Of a DNA stretch of 64,000 nucleotides, positions 39,744 to 49,335 are shown piece after piece. Made by a program: the position numbers and the translations under genes. The DNA is from Arenicellales bacterium (GTDB taxonomy: Bacteria; Pseudomonadota; Gammaproteobacteria; Arenicellales; JAJDZL01), in NCBI GenBank assembly GCA_963664525.1, contig OY761535.1, positions 2,456,082 through 2,520,081 of the forward strand, written 5' to 3'. A model generated the notes under the pieces. It saw nothing but the letters and a program-made list of their open reading frames with translations. It searched no databases and had not been told where the DNA came from. Within the stretch, counting starts at the first letter, position 1; every line of letters begins with the position of its first letter.

Positions 39744-40805
39744 ATGAAAGAATTTCCGACAATTGAGCGCAGTATTTGGCGCAGCCCGCCTCCAGTTCAG
39801 TTCGAATCCATCATTGCCGCAACTGAGCTGTCGCAAACACGTACATTGGCATTGATCGACGCACCGACATACTTCAATCTAGTCCGCGTTCCCATGCCTG
39901 TCAAGGAAGCAGATGTTCTAGACGCACTGGCAGCCAATCAATTGCTTGTGCGTACCGGTAGCGATCAATGGAGTGTCACCAACCTTGGCGCCATACTTCT
40001 CGCCCATCGCCTTGCTAAGTTTCCAAACCTTCAGTCCAAGGCGATACGAATCGTTCAATACCAGGGTAATGGTCGAATAAAGCAAATCTTGCAGCAAAGT
40101 GCGGACAAAGGCTATGCCAATGGTTTCGAGGACTTGTTCGATACTGTCATTCGAATGCTCCCCATCATTGAAGAGGGAAAATGCACTCGTGATGCAACGA
40201 TGCCAGCCTGGCCTGAGACGGCACTGCGAGAACTGATTTTGAATGCCATGATTCATCAGGATTTCTCGACAAAAGGTACAGGAACGCTCATCGAAATTTT
40301 TTCTGACCGTGTCGAAATATCCAATCCTGGTCCACCGCTAGTTGACGTCCAGCGCCTTGTCAACACGCCGCCGATTTCAAGAAATCATGGCTTGACCGCA
40401 ATGATGCAAAAAATGAATCTCATCAACCTGACTGGCAGCGGATGGGACAAGATTGTCACCGAAACAGAACAATATAAGATGCCGGTACCTTTGGCTGAAG
40501 TTGAAAGCAATGTGACTCGGGTTGTACTCTTTTCACCACGAGACTTGTCCGACATGGACCGTGAGACTCGAATCTGGTCGATCTACCAACACGCCTGTCT
40601 GCAATTGGCTAATCGTGATTACCTGACCAATGCCTCGCTTCGAAATCGATTTGGCATTGAACTGAAAAACAGTGCCATTGCATCACGTCTGATCAAAGAG
40701 GCCGTCGAGGCCAATGTAATCATTCCCTGTGAAGCAAACATCGGTCGAAAGCACATGCGCTATGCACCCGCATGGGCTGATTTGACGAGCGATATATTTA
40801 TTTGA
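39744..40805 (+). CDS. HATPase_c_4 (RecG C-terminal-like) ATP-binding protein lacking the usual N-terminal AlbA_2/Schlafen domain
   Basis: TNLGAILLA, KAIRIVQY, ALRELILNAMIHQDF, IEIFSDRVEISNPG, SRN, GSGWDKI, LTNASLRNRFGI, MRYAPAWA. Confidence 0.75.
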   Translation: MKEFPTIERSIWRSPPPVQFESIIAATELSQTRTLALIDAPTYFNLVRVPMPVKEADVLDALAANQLLVRTGSDQWSVTNLGAILLAHRLAKFPNLQSKAIRIVQYQGNGRIKQILQQSADKGYANGFEDLFDTVIRMLPIIEEGKCTRDATMPAWPETALRELILNAMIHQDFSTKGTGTLIEIFSDRVEISNPGPPLVDVQRLVNTPPISRNHGLTAMMQKMNLINLTGSGWDKIVTETEQYKMPVPLAEVESNVTRVVLFSPRDLSDMDRETRIWSIYQHACLQLANRDYLTNASLRNRFGIELKNSAIASRLIKEAVEANVIIPCEANIGRKHMRYAPAWADLTSDIFI

Positions 40806-40964
40806 TGCTTATTTGACAATAACTACATTCTTGTTTTATTGAAACAACAAGTCTTTCAGTTATTATTGTCTTTATAACGGTATTACAAATCTAGTATCCC
40901 AATTATCGGCCAGTACGGTTAACGTGAATACAGGACTTCTTAATATTAATATCATAAATAGTGT

Positions 40965-40992
40965 TTGACAGAAAACCAAAATAGAGTATAAT
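40965..40992 (+). promoter_or_regulatory. Consensus sigma70 promoter whose -35 box lies inside the left IR of the IS
   Basis: TTGACA (40965) - 16 nt - TATAAT (40987), pointing towards the transposase. Confidence 0.7.
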
Positions 40993-41114
40993 ATGTCAAT
41001 ATAAACAATGATGTAGAGGCAGACTTCTGGCACCGAAGATTTCCCGAATCAAGCCAAATATTCGCCTAAAACCCCCAAATTTCTCCTTTTTGATACAATC
41101 TTCAGGCCCTGACC

Positions 41115-42551
41115 ATGCGAAAAGTCAAATCCACACAATCTGAACTGGGCGGCACCTTTATCGCCGATATCGTCATTAGCTCGAAATCGCGCGATGACAT
41201 TCCGGCCTTGCTCAGGGGTCTGCAATATCTGTATACCAACCCGCAGTTGCGAAGCGAAGTCTTTACACTGCTTGATGCACAAGTGAATCCCAAAGCCCGT
41301 AAGGACACCGGTCGTCCGGGCATGGAGCTTTGGCGCATTCTGGTCCTGGCGATCCTCAAGCAGGGTCTGAATTGCGATTACGACCGCCTCACTGAGCTGG
41401 CCAACGAGCATGGCACCTTGCGACAAATGCTGGGCCACGGGGTGATGGCGCACGAATACGAGCGACAAACCGTGATGGATAACGTCACCTTGCTGAGCCC
41501 GCAACTGTTGGCCAAGATCAACCAACTGCTGGTCCAGGCCGGCCACGAGGTGGTTAGAAAAAAGCCTGGCGAAACATTGCGCGGGCGTTGTGATTCGTTC
41601 TGCGTTCAAACGGATGTTCATTTTCCAACCGATGTCAATTTGTTGTTTGATGCCATGCGTTGCAGCATCACAACAGCGGTCTGGCTCGCCGAGCAGTTGG
41701 ATCTTGAGGGCTGGCGCCAGCATCGTCATATTCAAAAAAAGATCAAACAAGCATTCAACCGCGTGCGAACGTCCAAGAAGAATAAGAATTCGCCCGTGCA
41801 GGTGAACGAGTACCTGGCCCAGTGTCAACAATACCTGAATCGTGCACAGGGTACGCTCAAGCAGGTCGAGGCGTTTGAGCTGACGCTTTTTCAGCAAGCT
41901 AAAGTCGTGCAACTTCAAAACTATATCCGCCACGCACACCGTCAGATCGATCAGGTCACGCGGCGCTTGGTGCGCGAGGAGAAGATTCCTCACCGGGACA
42001 AAGTGTTTTCGGTCTTTGAGCCACACACCCGTTGGGTGGTCAAAGGCAAAGCCGGTGTCCCGCAAGAGCTCGGCGTGCCGGTCTGTGTGGTGGAGGACCA
42101 CTACCGATTTATCCTGCATCACCGTATCCTGTGGGACGGCAGTGATGTTGACCATGCTGTACCGGTCATCGAGCAAGCCCGGCAAAGCTTTCCTGACTTG
42201 AACAGCTGCAGTTTCGATCGTGGCTTTCATTCGCCGGCCAATCAGGTGGCGCTCGGTGAGTTGCTCGATGAATGCGCACTGCCGAAAAAAGGCTATCGCA
42301 ATATCAACGACAAGATGCATGAGTCGCAGCCGTGGTTCAAAGCCGCGCGTGGCAAGCACCCTGGCATTGAGTCGGCGATCAATCATCTGGAGCACTGCGG
42401 GCTGGACCGGGTTCGGGACCACGGCAAAACAGGTTTTGCCCGTGCGGTGGCGCTGTCGGTACTGGCTGCCAATCTGAAGCGGCTGGGTAGGATCTTGCGC
42501 GACAAAGAGCGTCAGAAACTCGCCCGTCAGCAGCGTTTGCGCGCCGCTTAG
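41115..42551 (+). CDS. ISNCY family transposase
   Basis: KSRDDIP, GRPGMELW, RCDSFCVQTDVHFPTD, KVFSVFEPHTRW, SFDRGF, HPGIESAINHLE. Confidence 0.9.
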   Translation: MRKVKSTQSELGGTFIADIVISSKSRDDIPALLRGLQYLYTNPQLRSEVFTLLDAQVNPKARKDTGRPGMELWRILVLAILKQGLNCDYDRLTELANEHGTLRQMLGHGVMAHEYERQTVMDNVTLLSPQLLAKINQLLVQAGHEVVRKKPGETLRGRCDSFCVQTDVHFPTDVNLLFDAMRCSITTAVWLAEQLDLEGWRQHRHIQKKIKQAFNRVRTSKKNKNSPVQVNEYLAQCQQYLNRAQGTLKQVEAFELTLFQQAKVVQLQNYIRHAHRQIDQVTRRLVREEKIPHRDKVFSVFEPHTRWVVKGKAGVPQELGVPVCVVEDHYRFILHHRILWDGSDVDHAVPVIEQARQSFPDLNSCSFDRGFHSPANQVALGELLDECALPKKGYRNINDKMHESQPWFKAARGKHPGIESAINHLEHCGLDRVRDHGKTGFARAVALSVLAANLKRLGRILRDKERQKLARQQRLRAA

Positions 42552-42928
42552 CATTTCAATTCACCCATCGGAAACGAAAATCCGGGTGCCGGAGGCACGG
42601 CTGTGGGCTAAATTCGTGATTTTGCCCTGTTTTGGCACTGGATTGTCACAATTCGCCCTGACAGTCCGGCGTTAGTCTTGCTCGGGCTCATTGTCGGTCA
42701 AATGTATTCTGAATTCTCGCCTAAAATCGGGGGTTTTCTGACTGACACTAAATAACAATAGTTTATGTTATTTGATGTTTAATTGATCAGTAGGAAACGA
42801 CGTTTTTCGTTTGATTTGTTTTAGATCCCCGTTCCTGATCCCATTTCACAATGACAGATGGAGAAATCGGAGCCGTTGCAACACAAGTCGCTTCGACTGA
42901 ATGCACAATCGTATCTGCGAAACAACGA

Positions 42929-43639
42929 TTACGACGATACTTGAGTAACAGCAGCCGTAGTTGTTGGCTTCATTACGGAATGGTTAATGGTGTCTTCGTC
43001 AAGCCTGAGTTGGATGGCTTTCATCAACCTGCAAAATAATCTTCGCTCGACTTTCCAAAAGTAGTCGATGTGCGATTTGGCGTAAAGTTCGTCATCGTCC
43101 AGCCGGCGAACCATACTGTTCAAGTGACCTTGTTCTTCCGCCAGCAATTTTGCCAGTGAAAAATCCAGATTACAGCGCTTGATGCAATCTTCGAGAATCT
43201 GATAGCCCCATACTGCCCGGAATTCTACAATCAACGACATGTAAAGATAAATCGTACGGTAATTTGCATCCCGCCCGAAATATCCAACCATCGCAGCCTC
43301 GAGCCTGGCAAAGTAAGCCCGGGCAAAGGCCGGCGCGATCAGCAGTGAGTCTGCATAATCCAATCCTGTACCTTTGAACCGTTCCGCCTGTCTTTTGAAC
43401 AACACGGCGTGACCGGTCTCCTCATTCAAATGCTTTAGTGTCGAATAATCAATGACGTCACCTCTTTGAGTCGCCATGATTTTGTAACTTCCGATATGCT
43501 CCATGTACGATAGCGTGTTGAAAAACAGCCAGCGCAATCGAGCGTCGACACAAAGGTCCATAAAGACCTTTTCAGTCCATGCGCCAAGATCGTCGTTATC
43601 GCGGACGAATTCGTGAACGAGGCTCGGGATTTCAGTCAT
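42929..43639 (-). CDS. Ferritin-like diiron protein, BioE-like (candidate pimeloyl-generating oxygenase)
   Basis: Ligand pattern E...ExxH...E...ExxH: NTLSYMEHIG, LKHLNEETGH, IVEFRA, LAEEQGH. Its ATG overlaps the bioB stop (TAATG). Confidence 0.7.
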   Translation of the reverse strand: MTEIPSLVHEFVRDNDDLGAWTEKVFMDLCVDARLRWLFFNTLSYMEHIGSYKIMATQRGDVIDYSTLKHLNEETGHAVLFKRQAERFKGTGLDYADSLLIAPAFARAYFARLEAAMVGYFGRDANYRTIYLYMSLIVEFRAVWGYQILEDCIKRCNLDFSLAKLLAEEQGHLNSMVRRLDDDELYAKSHIDYFWKVERRLFCRLMKAIQLRLDEDTINHSVMKPTTTAAVTQVSS

Positions 43640-44649
43640 TACGCAAGCGATTGTTTGAGTGGGTTCAATTCAACTTCAGGTTCATCGAAACAGACAGGTG
43701 GCATGTCTGTGATGCCTAATTTGTCAAAAAGTGCAGAATCATGATCATATTCGACATTGTCTGTCGTCAGCAAGCGATCACCGACAAAAATGGAATTGGC
43801 GCCAGCGAAAAAACACAAAGCCTGGAGTTCTTCCGACATGGTGCGTCGCCCGGCTGACAACCTCAACACTGATTTGGGCAACATGATTCTTGCCACTGCA
43901 ATAGTACGAACAAAGTCAAGTGGCTCAACTTGCCGCGCATTCTGCAACGGCGTTCCCGGAATGGGAACCAGCATATTGATCGGCACACTTTCTGGCGGTT
44001 CATCCATATTGGCAAGCACTCTGAGCATACTGGCGCGGTCTCGTTGCGATTCACCCATACCAAGAATACCACCACAGCAGACTTTCATGCCTGCTTCGCG
44101 GACGTAGTCGATGGTCTGTAGCCGATCCTCAAATGTTCGCGTGCTTATGATTTCGCCGTAAAATTCGGGAGAGGTGTCCACATTGTGATTGTAATAATCC
44201 AGGCCGGCTGCTTTCAATTGCGAAGCCTGCTCAAGATTTAGTAATCCCAATGTCATACAGGTTTCAAGCCCCAGGGCTTTTACTTCGCTGATCATAGTGC
44301 AAAGTTTCTCCATATGACTGGCTTTGGGGCCGCGCCAAGCGGCACCCATGCAATATCGACTAGCACCATCAGCCTTTGCTGATTTAGCATCGGCGATCAC
44401 CGCTTCGATTGACATCAGTTTGCTTGGCTCCACTTCAGTCGAGTATCGAATCGACTGACTGCAATACTTGCAGTCCTCAGGACAGCCTCCTGTTTTAATG
44501 TTGACGAGGCGACTTTTTTGCACCTGGTTGGGAACGAAGTTTTGACGATGCACTGTTTGCGCCTGGTAGAGCAACTCGCTGAATGGTAAATCAAATAGCG
44601 CTAGCGTGTCAGATTTTGACCAGGTTTGTTTGTCGATTGCTTGGCCCAT
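43639..44649 (-). CDS. bioB: Biotin synthase
   Basis: [15 protein letters not shown] (CxxxCxxC), [46 protein letters not shown] 44649 preferred. Confidence 0.97.
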   Translation of the reverse strand: MGQAIDKQTWSKSDTLALFDLPFSELLYQAQTVHRQNFVPNQVQKSRLVNIKTGGCPEDCKYCSQSIRYSTEVEPSKLMSIEAVIADAKSAKADGASRYCMGAAWRGPKASHMEKLCTMISEVKALGLETCMTLGLLNLEQASQLKAAGLDYYNHNVDTSPEFYGEIISTRTFEDRLQTIDYVREAGMKVCCGGILGMGESQRDRASMLRVLANMDEPPESVPINMLVPIPGTPLQNARQVEPLDFVRTIAVARIMLPKSVLRLSAGRRTMSEELQALCFFAGANSIFVGDRLLTTDNVEYDHDSALFDKLGITDMPPVCFDEPEVELNPLKQSLA

Positions 44650-44787
44650 TGGGAAAATTAGATCTCCAGGAAATTGAAATCTGGCTGATTGACTCGGTTT
44701 AATATACAACACTCAGCGATTTAACAGCGATAGCATAAATCGATAAGTGAATTCGTATCTTGCGATAGTTGCAAATATCCCACAAAA

Positions 44788-45696
44788 ATGCCCGAGTCCT
44801 GGATTCTGATTACCATAGCCGCTGCTTTTTTTCAAAATATTCGCTCGGCATTACAAAAACATCTCAAGCGCAAACTGTCGGTCGGTGGCGCGAGCTATGC
44901 TCGATTTCTATACGCACTGCCGATCGCGGCGATTTATCTTTGGTTGGTCCTTAATGTTGGTGATCACACGCTGCCTGTCAGCAATTCCCGATTTGTGTGG
45001 TTCTGTCTTTTCGGCGCTATCAGTCAGATTTTATTCACTGCCTGTTTGTTGTGGATGTTTTCATTTAAGAGTTTCGCTGTCGGCACGACATTTTCGAAGC
45101 TTGAAGTGATTGTCGTTGCACTGTTTGGCGCAGTACTGCTGGGTGATAAATTAGGCATCTGGGCAGGTGTTGCCATTGTTATTTCATCCATGGGAGTCAT
45201 TCTATTATCACTTGGGCAGAACAAACTGACATTCGCAAGTTTGCGTAGCGGCCTGTTTCGTCGCCCCACCTTGATCGGGCTAATTTCAGCGGTTTTGCTT
45301 GGGGCTTCATCGGTGTTCTATCGAGGTGCATCCTTGGCGCTGCAGTATGACAACTTTGTGATCAGTGCTGCCTGGACCTTGTTTATTGCCCTGATCATCC
45401 AAACCACCCTCATGGGCACTTACCTGGTTTTGCGAGAGCCCGGGCAACTGGCTCGAGTCTTACGCGAATGGCGCTGGGCAGCGCCGGCCGGTGCTGCTGG
45501 CGCACTTGCGTCGATCGGCTGGTTTAGTGCATTCACGATTCAAAATGCCAGCTATGTTCGTGCACTGGGGCAGATCGAACTGGTGTTTACCTTTGTTGCT
45601 ACGACAATGTTCTTTCGAGAAAAAGTTACGCCAGCTGAATTTTTTGGCATTGTTTTGGTCTGCGGCGGTATCCTGTTATTGCTCCTGGGTGGATAA
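44788..45696 (+). CDS. DMT/EamA family transporter
   Basis: Ten TMs; AAFFQNIRSALQK, FAVGTTFSKLE, NASYVRALGQIEL. Confidence 0.88.
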   Translation: MPESWILITIAAAFFQNIRSALQKHLKRKLSVGGASYARFLYALPIAAIYLWLVLNVGDHTLPVSNSRFVWFCLFGAISQILFTACLLWMFSFKSFAVGTTFSKLEVIVVALFGAVLLGDKLGIWAGVAIVISSMGVILLSLGQNKLTFASLRSGLFRRPTLIGLISAVLLGASSVFYRGASLALQYDNFVISAAWTLFIALIIQTTLMGTYLVLREPGQLARVLREWRWAAPAGAAGALASIGWFSAFTIQNASYVRALGQIELVFTFVATTMFFREKVTPAEFFGIVLVCGGILLLLLGG

Positions 45697-45884
45697 CGCA
45701 GTATCCCTAGAGTGACGAGAGTGATCAAGAAGCCACAGCTTGAATACTAATCGTCAATTGCCTGGTTCAATGCAAGGCCTTTATGAATGAGGTGCTGACA
45801 TCTTGATTCCCTAGCGCATCATTCTTGTATATTGTTCGCTTTCAAAGACTAAACTCTGATTCGAGTTCCCCTACCCCAAACTAC

Positions 45885-48197
45885 ATGAAGCCACTCAGTA
45901 CAGCACCAAGAAAGGAAGACCATCGACTGCTGACCGGCCGCGGTCATTTCGTCGACGATTTGCCTTCGGACCAACACCTGTGCGGATATGTAATTCGCTC
46001 GCCTTACCCGCATGCGACTATCGAGTCCATAGATGTCGAAGCTGCCAGGCAGTCACCGGGTGTACATCTCGTATTAACCGCCGACGATTTACTGGCTGAT
46101 GGAATCGGCACGCTGCCTTGCGTTTCAAGTTTTCCCGGGCCGAACGACTTACCAATCGTCAAGCCGCCTCGAACTGTTCTGGCCACCGAACGCGTCCGGC
46201 ATGTTGGCGAACCTGTCGTATTCGTCGTTGCAGACACCTTGACCAATGCAATCGATGCAGCTGAATGTGTCGATATCAACTATGAAGAACTGGCATCAAA
46301 CAGCGACGTTGAAAAAGCGATGAGCGATGCTGCCTTGATCTGGGAACAAGCACAACACAATCTCTCCTACGACTTTAGTCGCGGAGAACCGAACAATGTT
46401 GATCGAGCGTTTGCCCAATCCGCTCACGTTACTTCGATCAAGGTCCATCATCCGAGGATGGCAATCACACCGATCGAACCCAGGTCCGCTGTGGCGCACT
46501 ACGATGAGGATGCGAAACAGCTGGTGCTCAACGTGCAAACACAGGGTGTTCACATGATTCACCGGGTTTTGACCGAGAACATACTGCATATTTCAACTGA
46601 AAGCCTGCGAGTCATCACCAAGGATGTTGGTGGCAGCTTTGGTATGAAAATATTCCCGTATCCGGAGTACGCTCTGGTCTTAATGGCAGTACAGAAAACC
46701 GGCCGAGCTGTCAAATGGACCGCTACACGATCGGAATCATTTTTAGCGGATTGCCATGGTCGGGCGAGGGTGGATTACGCACAAATGGGCTTTGATGAAA
46801 ACGGTAAGATTACAGCCTATCGATGCGACACGATTTCAGATTTAGGCGCCTACTTAAGTTATGTCGGCCCCTCCATTGCCTCGGTCTATGCCTATACCGT
46901 CGTTGGACACACGTACAAGATTCCACAACTGCATTTTCGCAACCGCGGTGTATTTACCAACGCACCGCCTACCGATGCCTTTCGCGGCGCTGGCAAACCA
47001 GAAACTGTTTGTACGCTGGAGCAGTTGATCGACAAAGCTGCCTTCGAAATTGGAATTGACCGTCTCGAACTTCGTCGAAGAAATTTCGTGCTGCCCGAAG
47101 ATCTGCCATATTCGATGCTGAACGGACAAACCATCGACAGCGGCAACTTTGAATCACTGCTGGAGCGCGCAGTAGAGCGCTCTAACTGGAACGAATTTCC
47201 CAAGCGGCGAATATTGGCTGAAACACAGGGCTTGTTGCGCGGAATTGGTCTTGGAATGTATATGCATTCGACAGGTGGTTCGGTCAGCGAAGCTTGCGAG
47301 GTGAGACTTGATTCAAGCGGTATGATCCACGTATTGACAGGCACACAAGCCGGCGGTCAGGGACACGAATCCACCCTGGGTACTCTGGTAGCCGATGTAT
47401 TGGAGATTGACCCGTCAAGAGTCCTTGTAACTCAGGGCGATACCCACAAATACCCGGTTGGAAGCGGAACCGGTGGCTCCTCCTTAGTTGCAATTGCTGG
47501 AACCACCGTAGTCAGGGCAGCAAACGACATGCTGGAAAAATGTCGGCAAGTCGCTTCAGAACTGCTGGAAACTCACACGGATGACATCGCCTATGGTGCG
47601 GGTGCTTTCTTGATACCGGGAACAGACCGACACATCACTCTCGCTAATATCGGCGCACAACTCGAAGCCAAGTCGCCTCATCAGCCCGCATGCATCGGTC
47701 AAGCCAACTTCGCGGGTACCAACACGACCCATCCTTGTGGTGCCTATGTCGTTGAACTTGAGTGTGACCCGTCTACCGGTACCATTCAAATCGTCCAACT
47801 TGTCGGCGTAGATGACATTGGGCGTGTTTTATTTCCACATATAGTCGACGGACAACTGCACGGCTCATGGGCACAGTCCGTAGGAACCTCCCTTATGGAG
47901 TGCGTGAGATTTGACGACGAAGCGAGCGGACAGGTGCTAAGTGGCTCACTGATGGATTACCAACTTGCGCGGGCGCAAGACCTGCCGTTTATTACACTGG
48001 ACAAGATGCCGACACCTTGCGCGACGAACAATCTGGGTGTCAAAGGTGTTGGCGAAGTCGCTAATCTGGGTGCACCGGGCGCACTCGCCAATGCACTGTC
48101 CGATCTGCTAAGTCACCCTGGTGAATTCGTGGTGGTCAAACCGCCGGCCACAGCCTACGCAGTCTGGAAACTGCTTCGAAACCAGCTCGTGGACTGA
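45885..48197 (+). CDS. Xanthine dehydrogenase family molybdopterin-binding large subunit (CoxL/CutL-like, not form I CODH)
   Basis: RKEDHRLLTGRG, RSPYPHA, DVGGSFGMK, active-site loop AFRGAGKPE, GQGHE, KGVGE. Confidence 0.9.
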   Translation: MKPLSTAPRKEDHRLLTGRGHFVDDLPSDQHLCGYVIRSPYPHATIESIDVEAARQSPGVHLVLTADDLLADGIGTLPCVSSFPGPNDLPIVKPPRTVLATERVRHVGEPVVFVVADTLTNAIDAAECVDINYEELASNSDVEKAMSDAALIWEQAQHNLSYDFSRGEPNNVDRAFAQSAHVTSIKVHHPRMAITPIEPRSAVAHYDEDAKQLVLNVQTQGVHMIHRVLTENILHISTESLRVITKDVGGSFGMKIFPYPEYALVLMAVQKTGRAVKWTATRSESFLADCHGRARVDYAQMGFDENGKITAYRCDTISDLGAYLSYVGPSIASVYAYTVVGHTYKIPQLHFRNRGVFTNAPPTDAFRGAGKPETVCTLEQLIDKAAFEIGIDRLELRRRNFVLPEDLPYSMLNGQTIDSGNFESLLERAVERSNWNEFPKRRILAETQGLLRGIGLGMYMHSTGGSVSEACEVRLDSSGMIHVLTGTQAGGQGHESTLGTLVADVLEIDPSRVLVTQGDTHKYPVGSGTGGSSLVAIAGTTVVRAANDMLEKCRQVASELLETHTDDIAYGAGAFLIPGTDRHITLANIGAQLEAKSPHQPACIGQANFAGTNTTHPCGAYVVELECDPSTGTIQIVQLVGVDDIGRVLFPHIVDGQLHGSWAQSVGTSLMECVRFDDEASGQVLSGSLMDYQLARAQDLPFITLDKMPTPCATNNLGVKGVGEVANLGAPGALANALSDLLSHPGEFVVVKPPATAYAVWKLLRNQLVD

Positions 48198-48222
48198 TTG
48201 GAACAAGTTCAGCCTGCCTGAC

Positions 48223-48816
48223 TTATTCGTTGTCAATACGGGCAATACGCCCAAGATACCCGCCGTGGTGACGCAAACCGTACTGTTTTTTTGTGATGCC
48301 TTTTTGCTCCATGAGTGCGAGCGTTACTGCATCTGCGATTGCATTCATAACGGCGATGCTCGCCGATGGAGTCAAACCCAAAGGACACGGTTCCTCGATT
48401 TCACCCATTTCCAGAATAATGTCGCAAAAACTGCGCAATTCTGATTCAGCATGCGAGGTTACACCGACAACTTTCCCCAAGCCGAGATGCTGGCCTAGAT
48501 TTAACATTTCGATGACTTCACGCGTTTTGCCGCTTGTTGAAAAAGCTACCATGCAATCAGCGTTTGAAATGACCCCCAAGTCGCCGTGGGCGGCTTCGCC
48601 AGGATGAATGTATACCGCTGGAGTCCCAGTCGAACAAAGCGTTACCGCGAATTTTTTTGCAATCAATCCGGCCTTACCCATCCCGGTCGTCAAAATTTTG
48701 CTACTGCAAGATAAAAGCAATTTGACAGTTTGCTCAAATGCGGGAGTAATTTTGATCGAATCGATCGCACGCGCCTCCGCCTCAAGCACATATTGAATTC
48801 TTTGAGAAATATTCAT
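48223..48816 (-). CDS. SIS-domain sugar-phosphate isomerase (KdsD/KpsF-like arabinose-5-phosphate isomerase) without CBS domains
   Basis: TGMGKAG, STGTPA, HPGEAAHGDLG, STSGKT, EPCPLGLTPSAS, HHGGYLG; only 197 aa. Confidence 0.88.
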   Translation of the reverse strand: MNISQRIQYVLEAEARAIDSIKITPAFEQTVKLLLSCSSKILTTGMGKAGLIAKKFAVTLCSTGTPAVYIHPGEAAHGDLGVISNADCMVAFSTSGKTREVIEMLNLGQHLGLGKVVGVTSHAESELRSFCDIILEMGEIEEPCPLGLTPSASIAVMNAIADAVTLALMEQKGITKKQYGLRHHGGYLGRIARIDNE

Positions 48817-49169
48817 ACGTTAGAAAAATTATTGACTGAATCATTCACCAGCAACAGAAAAAGGGCTTTGTTTTGTGGCAAAATACTAACAATTACAAAT
48901 AGTTATACCACCAAAAGCCCATGCCTACACATTGTATCTCAAAACCGGTCTAATTCCAGTTCTTTTTCAAGCGCATGACCGATGCATCTATTTGACAATC
49001 CTGTAACTTAGACTGCTTCGCTACGGTCATATAGAGTGAAGGTTGCGATTGATTCAACGGGCTTAATCTTCTTGCCTGAAGTTGCGGTTGAAATGTCGCG
49101 TTTTCGCAACTTTTGTGTTGTTTCTAACTCAAATAATCAGTGTTTTCGTAGTGTTTGCTAAATAATTAG

Positions 49170-49335
49170 TTTTGCTGAATTTTTTTTGGTAAAATTCTTG
49201 ACATGATTCGGTAAATTACTTCGGATTTCTTTCGGGAGAGAAGTCGGACACGAATCAAGGATTGATACGCCGTTCCAAGGATGAGAATAATAAAACTAAG
49301 TGTCTGCAAAATGAAGAATTTTGCTGAATTTTTTT
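49170..49335. repeat. 17-bp direct repeat TTTTGCTGAATTTTTTT, two copies in the long intergenic region
   Basis: Identical copies at 49170-49186 and 49319-49335. Confidence 0.55.

Larger units (their letters stand above)
40961..42748 (+). mobile_element. Complete insertion sequence (1788 bp; ISNCY, ISDol1-like group)
   Basis: IRL GTGTTTGACAGAAAACC and IRR reverse complement GTGTCAGTCAGAAAACC match at 14/17. 6-bp target duplication TAAATA at 40955-40960 and 42749-42754. Confidence 0.88.

Noticed and set aside
39744-40805. Second recG helicase
   Set aside because: Only the so-called RecG C-terminal/HATPase_c_4 domain is present, with no helicase motifs; the true recG is at 26661-28754.
41049-42554. 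501-aa ORF antisense to the ISNCY transposase
   Set aside because: It mirrors the transposase almost exactly and has no recognisable motifs; a shadow of codon bias.
44650-44787. BirA operator or BioR box upstream of bioB (also checked upstream of bioF)
   Set aside because: Only a partial match (AAATCGATAA vs TTATMKATAA) and no TGTAAACC...GGTTTACA palindrome; too weak to call.
45885-48197. Aerobic CO dehydrogenase coxL (form I)
   Set aside because: It lacks AYxCSFR and there are no coxM/coxS or accessory genes beside it.
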